DNA of 50,142 nucleotides, from the NCBI GenBank assembly GCA_031983305.1, contig DALYYK010000001.1, positions 1-50,142 of the forward strand. Reading direction: 5' to 3'. This document shows, in pieces, positions 1 through 7,856 of this stretch (the first letter of the stretch is position 1; each line of letters opens with the position of its first letter). Below the pieces are notes generated by a model. The model worked only from the letters and a program-made list of their open reading frames with translations, searched no databases and was not told the origin of the DNA. The translations under genes and the position numbers were made by a program. This DNA comes from Candidatus Fimivivens sp. GTDB lineage: Bacteria > Bacillota > Clostridia > Oscillospirales > Ruminococcaceae.

Positions 1-36
1 TCAAGGCTGAATGATATTGAGTATTCTAGTAACTGA
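1..36 (+). CDS. 3' end of a convergent ORF (…SRLNDIEYSSN*), possibly a Cmi/YebF-family colicin M immunity protein
   Basis: Frame 1 is open to TGA at 34-36 and converges on the ColM-like gene across a shared hairpin. The tail IEYSSN resembles the Cmi C-terminus (VEYAND). Only 11 residues are visible. Confidence 0.35.
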   Translation, partial: SRLNDIEYSSN

Positions 37-60
37 AAAAAGGGGCCTTGGCCCCCTTTG
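36..60. terminator. Intrinsic terminator, probably bidirectional
   Basis: AAAAAAGGGGCC-TT-GGCCCCCTTT hairpin with an A-run on the left and Ts on the right, between converging stops. Confidence 0.75.
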
Positions 61-63
61 CTA

Positions 64-858
64 TCACTTCTTGCCAGCCATAATGACCTTATGTTCACCT
101 TGAAAATTAATATCAAAGTCCGTGCCATCAAGGGATCGGAGAACATCTGTTAGTGATTCACCTACCGCACCACGGCTAGGGTCTGGGTTTGGGTCATAAA
201 TATCTTTGGTACCTGAAACTGCCCCTTGGAAAGTCCAGTTTCCTTGATCATCAATTTTCAAGGTACCTTGAGCTAATAACGAAATACGGCCAAGATAAGA
301 CCATTCCCAATAGCTACTTTCCTTAAAATCATAGCCCATCCATTCATTGATTTGGAAAACACCAACCTGGCCAGACTCAAGCAAGCGGGAGATAGGCGCC
401 ATATTGTTTTGATTAAGGTTAAAACTTAGCTTGTCTAAGTTAACAAACATCGGCTCGCCGTTTCCAAAGGTATAATGGAATAAGGCAGCCAAAGGAGCAA
501 AGGCCGAATTAGTTAATTCGGTTTGATCTGTTGGCTTAAAGCCGTCAGACCAAGAACCTTCATAATTACTAAACAAAGCCTCAGTAGGGAATTTAGCTCG
601 ACGATCATCTGCGTAGGCTGCTGCGCGCAGCACCCGCAGGATCATATCCATCTGGTTACTGCGCTTAGCGGCTTTACAAGTTTCCAAAATTTGGGCTGTC
701 TTTGTTCCATCTTCACAAGCCTCAATTCTTTCGCCAAGCCTAAGTGCATCTAGTACATCAGGAGAAGAACCGCCAAAATCACGATCAAATACCGAAAAAT
801 CGTAAGACGATGTATAACGCGGCGGGGTTCTTGCATCAACGAACAGTGTTTCAGACAT
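64..858 (-). CDS. Colicin M-family lipid II-degrading bacteriocin
   Basis: N-terminal TonB-box-like SETLFVDA (ColM ETLTVHA). The C-terminal domain YLGRISLLAQGTLKI…WTFQG…DIYDPNPDPSRGAVGESLT aligns with ColM YLGNITLKTEGTLTI…DKYDFNASTHRGIIGESLT. ATG at 858 follows an AAGGAG RBS. Confidence 0.9.
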   Translation of the reverse strand: MSETLFVDARTPPRYTSSYDFSVFDRDFGGSSPDVLDALRLGERIEACEDGTKTAQILETCKAAKRSNQMDMILRVLRAAAYADDRRAKFPTEALFSNYEGSWSDGFKPTDQTELTNSAFAPLAALFHYTFGNGEPMFVNLDKLSFNLNQNNMAPISRLLESGQVGVFQINEWMGYDFKESSYWEWSYLGRISLLAQGTLKIDDQGNWTFQGAVSGTKDIYDPNPDPSRGAVGESLTDVLRSLDGTDFDINFQGEHKVIMAGKK

Positions 859-973
859 AATCACTCCTTAATATTTGCCAAGGCACTCATTTGCCTTAAG
901 ATTATAATGTCCCCACAGCCAATCATTTTCAACTACCATTATTTGTATAAGCAATTGATTTATTTCATAACAC

Positions 974-1321
974 TTATTCACAGTTTAAAGATGATGCTAT
1001 CTCTTCTAGTTGCCCAATCGTCAAGTAGCCAGCCATCAACCCAATCCGCATTGGCACATTCATACGTCCCTTTGCATATAGGAAGCCCATAGCGCCAGCG
1101 CAGTGTGCTTCCTTTCCTGATGAGTGATAGATGCCCTCTTCGTCGTGGTAGCCACCAGTGGGATACGTTGTTTTGTGACATTGGAAAGGGGTTATGTCGT
1201 CAGCAAGCAGGGACTGTTTAATATCGCTTAGTCGATCTTCGCCAATGGCGATGCCATTCTCTTTTAGGAATGGGCAATTGGCGCAGGGCTTCTTTACTGA
1301 CAGAAAGCGTTTGAAGTTCAT
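974..1321 (-). CDS. Phage hypothetical protein, Cys/His-rich (CxxCPF, CHKT, HCAG)
   Basis: 115-aa ORF with a metal-binding-like residue pattern. Confidence 0.7.
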   Translation of the reverse strand: MNFKRFLSVKKPCANCPFLKENGIAIGEDRLSDIKQSLLADDITPFQCHKTTYPTGGYHDEEGIYHSSGKEAHCAGAMGFLYAKGRMNVPMRIGLMAGYLTIGQLEEIASSLNCE

Positions 1322-1497
1322 AAACGTGGCTCGTTAATGGATGATGCGGAAATGATAAATCGCATTGGAAAGGCGTCTAAGCAGTTTGTTACGGCAGTTC
1401 TTAGAAACAGTAGCCTACCAATTATGATGATAAAGCTTTTAGGTATGTTTTGGGGTAAAATGAAAATTAACAAGTAGAAGAACGACTTAATTTACAT

Positions 1498-1824
1498 ATG
1501 AGGGAATTAGTGATGGGAGAGCAAAGGCTCATAACTTGTGAACACTGCCGAAGTGAAATTCCACATGGTGCCAATGTTTGCAGAGGATGTAAGGCTGAAA
1601 TCAAGTATGGCACCCCAGGAATTTTCAAGTTTGTGGGCTTTCTATTACCTTTGATAGCCGGCTGGTATGCGGCAAAGTTCTGTGCCTTAACTTTAGGTTT
1701 TAATCATACTTTTGCCTATATCGTTTGGGCCATCACAGCCGCTGTAGGTTGGTACTTTGCAAAGAAAATTTTGTCTAATCTCTTTGGCAACTACGTTTCC
1801 TTCACTCGATTGAAGAATCATTGA
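1498..1824 (+). CDS. Small membrane protein with N-terminal zinc ribbon
   Basis: CEHC…CRGC followed by two hydrophobic helices. Confidence 0.7.
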   Translation: MRELVMGEQRLITCEHCRSEIPHGANVCRGCKAEIKYGTPGIFKFVGFLLPLIAGWYAAKFCALTLGFNHTFAYIVWAITAAVGWYFAKKILSNLFGNYVSFTRLKNH

Positions 1825-1864
1825 TTAACTACGGATCGTAATCTTATTCATTGCCATGATAAGT

Positions 1865-1890
1865 AAAAGCGCTCTCAAGGAGCGCTTTTC
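1865..1890. terminator. Bidirectional terminator
   Basis: AAAAGCGCTC-TCAAG-GAGCGCTTTT between converging genes. Confidence 0.75.
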
Positions 1891-1893
1891 TGT

Positions 1894-2760
1894 TTACGAA
1901 CGACGCGGCCATCTGTAAGCATCTTCATATTCGTCTTTTGTCCAAACGTGAGAAATGGCCCTATTTGGTTGATCCGTCAGTTCGTCTAAGTCCAATATTC
2001 TTAAGTAATGGAAGTGCGGCCTGTCAAAATCAGGTGATGTCAGTGCGATAAGATCAGCACGGGCTACACTTATTGCAAAATCAGCACCATAATCATAACT
2101 GATTAAGCCAACTAAACCAGATATCTTATCAGCGGAAATAGGCTCGTCCATTAGCCCCTTGATGCAGAAATAGTGACCTACATGGCGAACCGGTATGCCT
2201 TTTCCTGTATTGGAATTAGCCTTATAGGCTGGAGGGAGAGCATTGCTTATTTTTTTAAAATTTTCTTTTTGTAAATCAAATAGCATAGATGAATCGTGAA
2301 GTTTTGCCCAAGCTTCAAGGACAATATCACTATACTGACCAACAATTACAGTAACACCAGGCTGATCATTAGGTTTGCCGTAGGACATAAAAGACGTAGA
2401 TTTAGTCAAATGCAGAGAGTCATCACACCAAGACCATGAACGTTTCTGAAGCAGGTTGGCTGGAAAAATATCTTTCAACCAAGGTGAATCTTTTTTTAGT
2501 GACTCCTCTCGTTGTTTTTTTATTCTCTCATGAAAATCGAGCGGGTTGTCCTTTACATATTCAGCATGAGCTGCCTCTTTCTGGAGGTTATGATAGTTTG
2601 GATAACCCATTGAGATGGCGAGAATTTCGTGAACTTCCCCTAATGAAAGAGGCTTGTTCGAGTCACGCTTTTCAAAATGCTCTTTCAAGGTTTTGGCGCA
2701 GCGTTTAAATTTTACACTGTCCATTGAGATTTCATTTTCGATTTTGATAGCTTTACGCAT
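1894..2760 (-). CDS. Accessory protein with an N-terminal helical domain of the 'glyoxalase superfamily'/Glyoxalase_8 type and an unknown C-terminal domain
   Basis: KRCAKTLKEHF…LSLGEVHEILAISMGYPNYHNL matches the K..AK.L…LS..E.LA…G…W/Y..L pattern; AT-rich; GAGGAG RBS. Confidence 0.55.
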   Translation of the reverse strand: MRKAIKIENEISMDSVKFKRCAKTLKEHFEKRDSNKPLSLGEVHEILAISMGYPNYHNLQKEAAHAEYVKDNPLDFHERIKKQREESLKKDSPWLKDIFPANLLQKRSWSWCDDSLHLTKSTSFMSYGKPNDQPGVTVIVGQYSDIVLEAWAKLHDSSMLFDLQKENFKKISNALPPAYKANSNTGKGIPVRHVGHYFCIKGLMDEPISADKISGLVGLISYDYGADFAISVARADLIALTSPDFDRPHFHYLRILDLDELTDQPNRAISHVWTKDEYEDAYRWPRRS

Positions 2761-2921
2761 TTTCTGCTCCTCATAACGGCATAGAGCGCAGCACCTGAAT
2801 CAAGCGTTGTTGCCAGTCACAACTTGCTTGGCTGCAATTACCGTTATGCAAGTCAGAAAATATTAATAAGAATTTTTAGCAGTCGCCTTATGTCTTTTGA
2901 CACCTGGCTGGCAGTCGCTTT
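2761..2921 (-). ncRNA. Structured 5' leader or cis-regulatory RNA of the 288-aa gene
   Basis: Nested stems TTTTCTG/CAGAAAA, CATAACGG/CCGTTATG, GCAGC/GCTGC, CAAGC/GCTTG and GTTGT/ACAAC; the apical loop GACTGGCA is complementary to upstream TGCCAG. Confidence 0.6.
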
Positions 2922-2925
2922 ATTT

Positions 2926-2954
2926 AATCTATCCATAAAAAAATCAAAAATCAA
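2926..2954 (-). promoter_or_regulatory. Sigma70-like promoter TTGATT-17-TAGATT
   Basis: -35 at 2954-2949, -10 at 2931-2926, 17-nt spacer, just downstream of a terminator. Confidence 0.55.
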
Positions 2955-2955
2955 C

Positions 2956-2980
2956 AAAAAGCGCCCATTATAGGCGCTTT
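2956..2980 (-). terminator. Intrinsic terminator
   Basis: AAAAAGCGCC-CATTATA-GGCGCTTT; U-tract on the minus strand after ORF 3008..3301. Confidence 0.7.
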
Positions 2981-3007
2981 AGTACAGTGCTACGGCATTG
3001 AGGCCAC

Positions 3008-3301
3008 TTAAAGCCCAGCTGGTGACTCGTTTACGGCCAACACTCGTTTCGTCCTCCGCTTAACCACAATTTCATAATCGGCTCCTTGAAGCGTGTAGGT
3101 CTGCTCACCTTTCAGAACGCCATGCTTCATCTCGGTGAGGTTGAACAACGTCCAGGCCGCATCCTCTATCTTTTTTCTGCTAGAGAAGAAAGCAAGGATT
3201 ATGAACCTGACTATCATTCGGCCAACCATACCCGCGACAAACCCACCGCAGAGCATGAAGTATGTTAGAAGCATCCCGTCCATCAGGGTTAACTTATCCA
3301 T
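3008..3301 (-). CDS. Hypothetical membrane protein
   Basis: 97-aa ORF with a hydrophobic N-terminus; overlaps the upstream small ORF. Confidence 0.65.
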   Translation of the reverse strand: MDKLTLMDGMLLTYFMLCGGFVAGMVGRMIVRFIILAFFSSRKKIEDAAWTLFNLTEMKHGVLKGEQTYTLQGADYEIVVKRRTKRVLAVNESPAGL

Positions 3302-3461
3302 TTCGTTTGAACTCCCTCACCTCAATTACACGATAAACGCGGCGGCCAAATCTGACCGTTCCAGTCTTTAGATCCTGCTTCAGCATATCAACTATGAAAT
3401 ATGCTGAACCGAGCACCCCACCGATCAACCCTAACAGGATGTATGGAATCACGTTGTGCAT
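3294..3461 (-). CDS. Small membrane protein (55 aa, MHNVIPYILLGLIGGVLGSAYFIVDMLKQDLKTG…RNG), not in the ORF track
   Basis: Its ATG overlaps the ligase stop (TGATG) and its TAA lies inside the start of the next gene; one TM helix. Confidence 0.7.
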   Translation of the reverse strand: MHNVIPYILLGLIGGVLGSAYFIVDMLKQDLKTGTVRFGRRVYRVIEVREFKRNG

Positions 3462-4783
3462 CACTCTTTATCCCCAATGCGGTCTTCTGTATCACGAAGG
3501 CAGCTTGGCCACTTAAGCCGAGGGTGGCGCAGACTTCCATCTGGCGTGTATTCGTGGAAATTTACCTTCACGATGCGCCCCATGTATTTATCCTGATTCA
3601 GCCAGATCTCATCGAGATATTGATGTTTGAAGCCTGAAGCACGAACTTCCGTACCATCCTCCAAACGCACAACGATTTTGCCGAGGGTATGTGCGAAGCC
3701 GGCATCCGGGTCGCCTGGCAGGAATCCAATGATTTCACCATCTGCCTCGTTCTCATCCTTCATTTTCCACCAGGCACGAGAGCGCTTAAATTCATAAACA
3801 GAGTTGGGGTCGTAAGCCATCTCCCCTTCTTCGTTCTCGTCCAAACGCTGCATGAATCGAGCAATGTACTCTTCGTGGCTATGGTAGATTTCAAAGGGAA
3901 CCAGTACCAAATCACCAGCTGACTCTTCGCTTCTCTCATTGCGGAACCACGCTACCAGCGCAGCCTTACGCTCCTTCAGCTTCATGCCATTAGCTTTGTA
4001 GTCTTTGGTCTTGGCCAACGCCTTCCACTCTGGCAAGAAGAAGTCGAAGATGTGGAACTGAGCGCCTATTGCTTTCACATTCTTTTTGCGGATCGCTGAA
4101 ACAGTGCCGTTGAATGAGCCGACCGTTGCCTCACCATCAAAGAAGACGTGTTGATGACCGGTAGCACGAGCCAGCTCCAGCATTGCCGGTTTAAGGTGAT
4201 CGAGCGACGTTACTGGATTGCCGGTGCGCGACAGGAAGTTAACCTCTTCTTCACCCACAATCACCTCGCTAATCACGCGCATCCCATCGAGCTTAATGCT
4301 TCCAATCATCGGCCATTTGGCGTGTTTGTTCGGCTTGAATGGGAACTTGTCACCCTTTTCCTTGTAGGCGGTGGCCAGCTGGACTTCAAACACTGGAATC
4401 GGTGCCGAGAAGATTTTGTTGCAAAGGCTTATGCCGACACCGGCCTTCGGATCTTTCAGCAGGAATCGACGAAACATGTCCTGACCAGCCTCACACATAG
4501 AGCCAACGATTGACTCAACTACGGTTACGGCAGCTCCACCTGTCAGCTGACGCGTTGCCAGCTGATCCAACACATCCAATACCTTCTGGTCACTTGGCGT
4601 GGACACCAGCTGCGCCTGGGCTACGTTATACTTCTTGATGCCGAAGCGGATGAATGGATTGAGCATCAGCGACACGGCTTTTTGCTCGAAGTCGTCCAGC
4701 TTGGCCAAAGCCTCTTTCTTGGCATTGGTTCCCATCGCTTTGATGTCATCCAGCTTGGTTCGAAGGGTAATCAGCTTTTCCAT
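3461..4783 (-). CDS. lig: ATP-dependent DNA ligase
   Basis: Motifs KLDGMR (I), FFDGE (III), FHIFD, EGEM (IV), WWKMK (V) and an OB fold with LRHPR. Confidence 0.95.
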   Translation of the reverse strand: MEKLITLRTKLDDIKAMGTNAKKEALAKLDDFEQKAVSLMLNPFIRFGIKKYNVAQAQLVSTPSDQKVLDVLDQLATRQLTGGAAVTVVESIVGSMCEAGQDMFRRFLLKDPKAGVGISLCNKIFSAPIPVFEVQLATAYKEKGDKFPFKPNKHAKWPMIGSIKLDGMRVISEVIVGEEEVNFLSRTGNPVTSLDHLKPAMLELARATGHQHVFFDGEATVGSFNGTVSAIRKKNVKAIGAQFHIFDFFLPEWKALAKTKDYKANGMKLKERKAALVAWFRNERSEESAGDLVLVPFEIYHSHEEYIARFMQRLDENEEGEMAYDPNSVYEFKRSRAWWKMKDENEADGEIIGFLPGDPDAGFAHTLGKIVVRLEDGTEVRASGFKHQYLDEIWLNQDKYMGRIVKVNFHEYTPDGSLRHPRLKWPSCLRDTEDRIGDKE

Positions 4784-5187
4784 TAAAACGGCACTCCTTG
4801 TATTGGCCCGTGTTGTGTAAATTCAGCGTGAAACTGCTCGATCGGCAGCGAATAGATGTCACCGGTCGATGTCGATTTGAAGATTGCGGTCGGAACAAAA
4901 CCTTCCATGGTGGCTTTTTGGTTAGCGAACATCACCAGCTCGTAAACCCCACCGTGGTCTTTCTTTGTCCACTGATGCCAATACTCGATGAGGCGTCGGA
5001 ATCGAAGCGCTGCACCGGTTCCAATAGCGTCGTACCACTTCTGCACAATCTGGCCATTCACCTTGTGCTCAAGCGCATAGCCATATGTTGAAACAGCAAG
5101 AACGCGACATTCTTCCCACGCTCTTTGCCCCTCCAAATCGACCATGAAATACGCGCGCTCACCTTCTTTGAGATCCGAAATTTTCAT
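4783..5187 (-). CDS. Hypothetical protein (C-terminus DUF1653-like)
   Basis: HGGVYELV…IFKS…IYSLPIEQF pattern; translationally coupled. Confidence 0.6.
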   Translation of the reverse strand: MKISDLKEGERAYFMVDLEGQRAWEECRVLAVSTYGYALEHKVNGQIVQKWYDAIGTGAALRFRRLIEYWHQWTKKDHGGVYELVMFANQKATMEGFVPTAIFKSTSTGDIYSLPIEQFHAEFTQHGPIQGVPF

Positions 5188-5642
5188 GTGTTTTCCTCTT
5201 GCACTAAGGCTGAGTGGAGGTCTGTAATAGCCTCGAACTCGCCCGTTATTGTTGTGTCTTCTGCTTTTGATTTAAGCGACGGCAGAAGTGACATCGCGGA
5301 TTTGGTCTTACGCTGGCCACCGAAACTGCTTTGGTTGTTACGAGCTGCAACTTCAGCAACCAAAGCACCGTAATCTTCGAAGTAGAGAGATTCACCGGCG
5401 CGAACTTCCTCGACCATCATCTTCAGCGCTTTGCATTTGCCGCCGCGGATAGCCGTTACACATTCACTAAATGAGCCGGGCGGCAGCCGACCCTCTTTGA
5501 ACGCCAGAATCGTGTGCTGGCAGACCGTGTAACTCGCTCTTGTTGGCTCCTTGCGGATCAGCACTTCCTCGCAATTCAGGCTGAACATGTTGTTGCCCGA
5601 TATAGATGGGATCTTCGAAAAGTCGGTCTTTGAAACTGTCAT
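5184..5642 (-). CDS. Conserved phage-plasmid hypothetical protein
   Basis: 152-aa Cys-containing ORF; ATGA overlap with the downstream gene. Confidence 0.7.
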   Translation of the reverse strand: MTVSKTDFSKIPSISGNNMFSLNCEEVLIRKEPTRASYTVCQHTILAFKEGRLPPGSFSECVTAIRGGKCKALKMMVEEVRAGESLYFEDYGALVAEVAARNNQSSFGGQRKTKSAMSLLPSLKSKAEDTTITGEFEAITDLHSALVQEENT

Positions 5643-5684
5643 TCTGTATCACCAAAATAGCTAATAACTTATTTACGCAATTAT

Positions 5685-5705
5685 AAAAAAGCCCCAAACG
5701 GGGCT
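5685..5705 (-). terminator. Intrinsic terminator
   Basis: AAAAAAGCCCC-AAAC-GGGGCT. Confidence 0.7.
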
Positions 5706-5722
5706 ATAGCGTTTTTGTCAGG

Positions 5723-6505
5723 CTACCAGCTTCCCCAGCCAGACATGACGGCGTGTTGTCGGTCACGGAAAGGCTTCAGAAGCTCTTCAGCGGTGTGCAG
5801 AGCGTATGATTTGGCTTCCTGCATCAACATTGGCATTTCGTTCGACATCTTCACCAGGCGGCGTTCGTACTCACCCATTACGCCATCGCAGGCTGAACTG
5901 CAGGCGTTGATAATGTCCTGCTTGCGACGATCGCCACCGGTCAATTTCATTAACGCTGGGAAGTTCTTCTCATTAGCCGCTTTGGTGGCGGTTCCTCGCC
6001 CTTCCAGAACCAGGTCAACCATGCCTTCCGGGACACTCATATTTGCAGTGTTGTCGTCGCCAACCACACTCGTTGCCCAGAGTTCTTTTATGGCCGAAGA
6101 TGATTCCACGCTTTCGCATTTTTCATCCATGAACTCAACGAACTTCCACAGGTCGTCACGGTGTAGCTCTTCAAGAACGGTCTGGGTCTGGACAATGTAG
6201 CCGTTGTAGTAAGCGGCTGTATGTGTGACAGGTGAATCTCCCATTCGGCTGATAAAGCTGACGATCGCAGCGCATCGAGGCGCTTCGTTTCCCACGCTGG
6301 GGCGAACATCGCCAACAACCATGGTGACTGTCAAATACGAATAGTCGGCCAGCAGCAACTTGCCAGCCTCTGCGGTCGCAATTCTGTCAGCTCCAGCCTG
6401 AATAGCCTGGACAACAACCGAGTCGAACTCTTCTTCGTTCAGCGGCAGCTTTGAATCTCTAACCAGCTTTGTGATTTCATGAGTGATATTCGGGTGCATC
6501 TTCAT
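5723..6505 (-). CDS. Hypothetical protein
   Basis: 260-aa ORF in the replication cluster ending in the phage-typical WGSW tail. Confidence 0.7.
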   Translation of the reverse strand: MKMHPNITHEITKLVRDSKLPLNEEEFDSVVVQAIQAGADRIATAEAGKLLLADYSYLTVTMVVGDVRPSVGNEAPRCAAIVSFISRMGDSPVTHTAAYYNGYIVQTQTVLEELHRDDLWKFVEFMDEKCESVESSSAIKELWATSVVGDDNTANMSVPEGMVDLVLEGRGTATKAANEKNFPALMKLTGGDRRKQDIINACSSACDGVMGEYERRLVKMSNEMPMLMQEAKSYALHTAEELLKPFRDRQHAVMSGWGSW

Positions 6506-6570
6506 CTCTCTTATATACTTTGGTCGCCATTATAATTAATGATTGGTAGTTAGCTACTTATTTTCTTAGG

Positions 6571-7686
6571 TCAGACCAAAGCCGCTATTCCTTTTACCTT
6601 TGCCATTAACTCAAGCTGACGAGTGTAGGGCTTCGCTCGGAAGTAGGCTTTGATGATTTCCTCAACAGATGCGTCCCCCGGGTCAATGCCCTCTTTACCC
6701 AAACAGGCTATCTTCACGTTAAGTCCGATCCCCACCAGCTTACGCGCGGCGGCCATTGTGTTTCGTATTGCCTGCTTCTCGCTGTCCCACATCATTACGA
6801 CGTTCTTCAGCCCCTTCGCTTTGAGCGTCAGGAATGCACCCAGCTGATCCTCTTCGTCCTGCGTCGTTACGCCAGACAAGTGCATACCAAATGTCCCGAT
6901 TGGCTCAACGTAATCCCGCAGCGTTGGCTCATCGAACAGTGCTCGCTTAATACCAATAACGTCAAATGCGCCCTCGCTCACTACGACAGTTTGCTTTCCC
7001 ACTGCGTTGTGACCGTTATAGAGAAACTTACCTGAAGCCGGCAACGTCATGGGGAAGAGATATCGACGCTCCGCAGTGCCAGTAACATCGCGCCCCTGGA
7101 AGGTTTTCATCACGCCATCGAGGTCGTAAATTGGTATCAGAATACGCATACCGAAATCTTGGCCACGAACCTGGTCGTTATAGACATCCACATAAGCATG
7201 TTTGCCTTCTACGCAGTATCGAAGGTCGAAATATTTGGCCAGGTCAGGCGTTACATTTCGCTCTACAAGATAAGTGGGCAGTTGCCCCTCGATCGGAAGC
7301 TCATAGTGACGAGGCAATGAAACCGGCCCTTCCAGCTCAACGGCGCTGGCCAGCTTCACCTCTTCTCGTTTCGGCGCCCAACCCTGCTCCAACACCGCAT
7401 TGTTAACGTATTCCTCAAATGCACTGCGTGACTTGCCGCTGTAATGCTTCAGGAACACCAGCTTATTGAATTGGATCTCTTCTGGGTGGTCACCCGCAAA
7501 GCATTTACCGACGTTGTTGGTCAGATTGAAATACACCTTCCAACCGGAGCTGCCGCACACCGGACACTCCTTGATGTTTATTTCACGACCGCGCGCGCTG
7601 ACACCACCACGGCGATAGATGATGCCCTCTGTATCGAGCCACTGCTCAAAGTCCAGCTCGGTCAAAAGCTCTTTAATGTCGCTCAT
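6571..7686 (-). CDS. DNA primase (Zn finger + TOPRIM)
   Basis: CPVC…C…H zinc-binding region, FQGR, EGAFD and MWDSE TOPRIM motifs, DPGD. Confidence 0.9.
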   Translation of the reverse strand: MSDIKELLTELDFEQWLDTEGIIYRRGGVSARGREINIKECPVCGSSGWKVYFNLTNNVGKCFAGDHPEEIQFNKLVFLKHYSGKSRSAFEEYVNNAVLEQGWAPKREEVKLASAVELEGPVSLPRHYELPIEGQLPTYLVERNVTPDLAKYFDLRYCVEGKHAYVDVYNDQVRGQDFGMRILIPIYDLDGVMKTFQGRDVTGTAERRYLFPMTLPASGKFLYNGHNAVGKQTVVVSEGAFDVIGIKRALFDEPTLRDYVEPIGTFGMHLSGVTTQDEEDQLGAFLTLKAKGLKNVVMMWDSEKQAIRNTMAAARKLVGIGLNVKIACLGKEGIDPGDASVEEIIKAYFRAKPYTRQLELMAKVKGIAALV

Positions 7687-7759
7687 GCCAGCAATCCTCT
7701 CCGGTCATTATTAGAAGGCAATTTTGTGTGTATCAGGGAAGTTGGGGTATGATGGCCGC

Positions 7760-7856
7760 TCATGTGTTTTTCCCTTGTTGTTTTTAACAGGGCGAGAAAC
7801 TTGATTTCTCGAATTGGAAATGAGGCGTGGCGATTTTTGCCACGCCTTTATTTTTA
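7760..7856 (+). ncRNA. Candidate antisense sRNA between the primase and helicase genes
   Basis: TTGTGT-18-TATGAT promoter (7724-7753), two hairpins, then terminator AGGCGTGGC-GATTTTT-GCCACGCCT-TTATTTTT. Confidence 0.5.
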
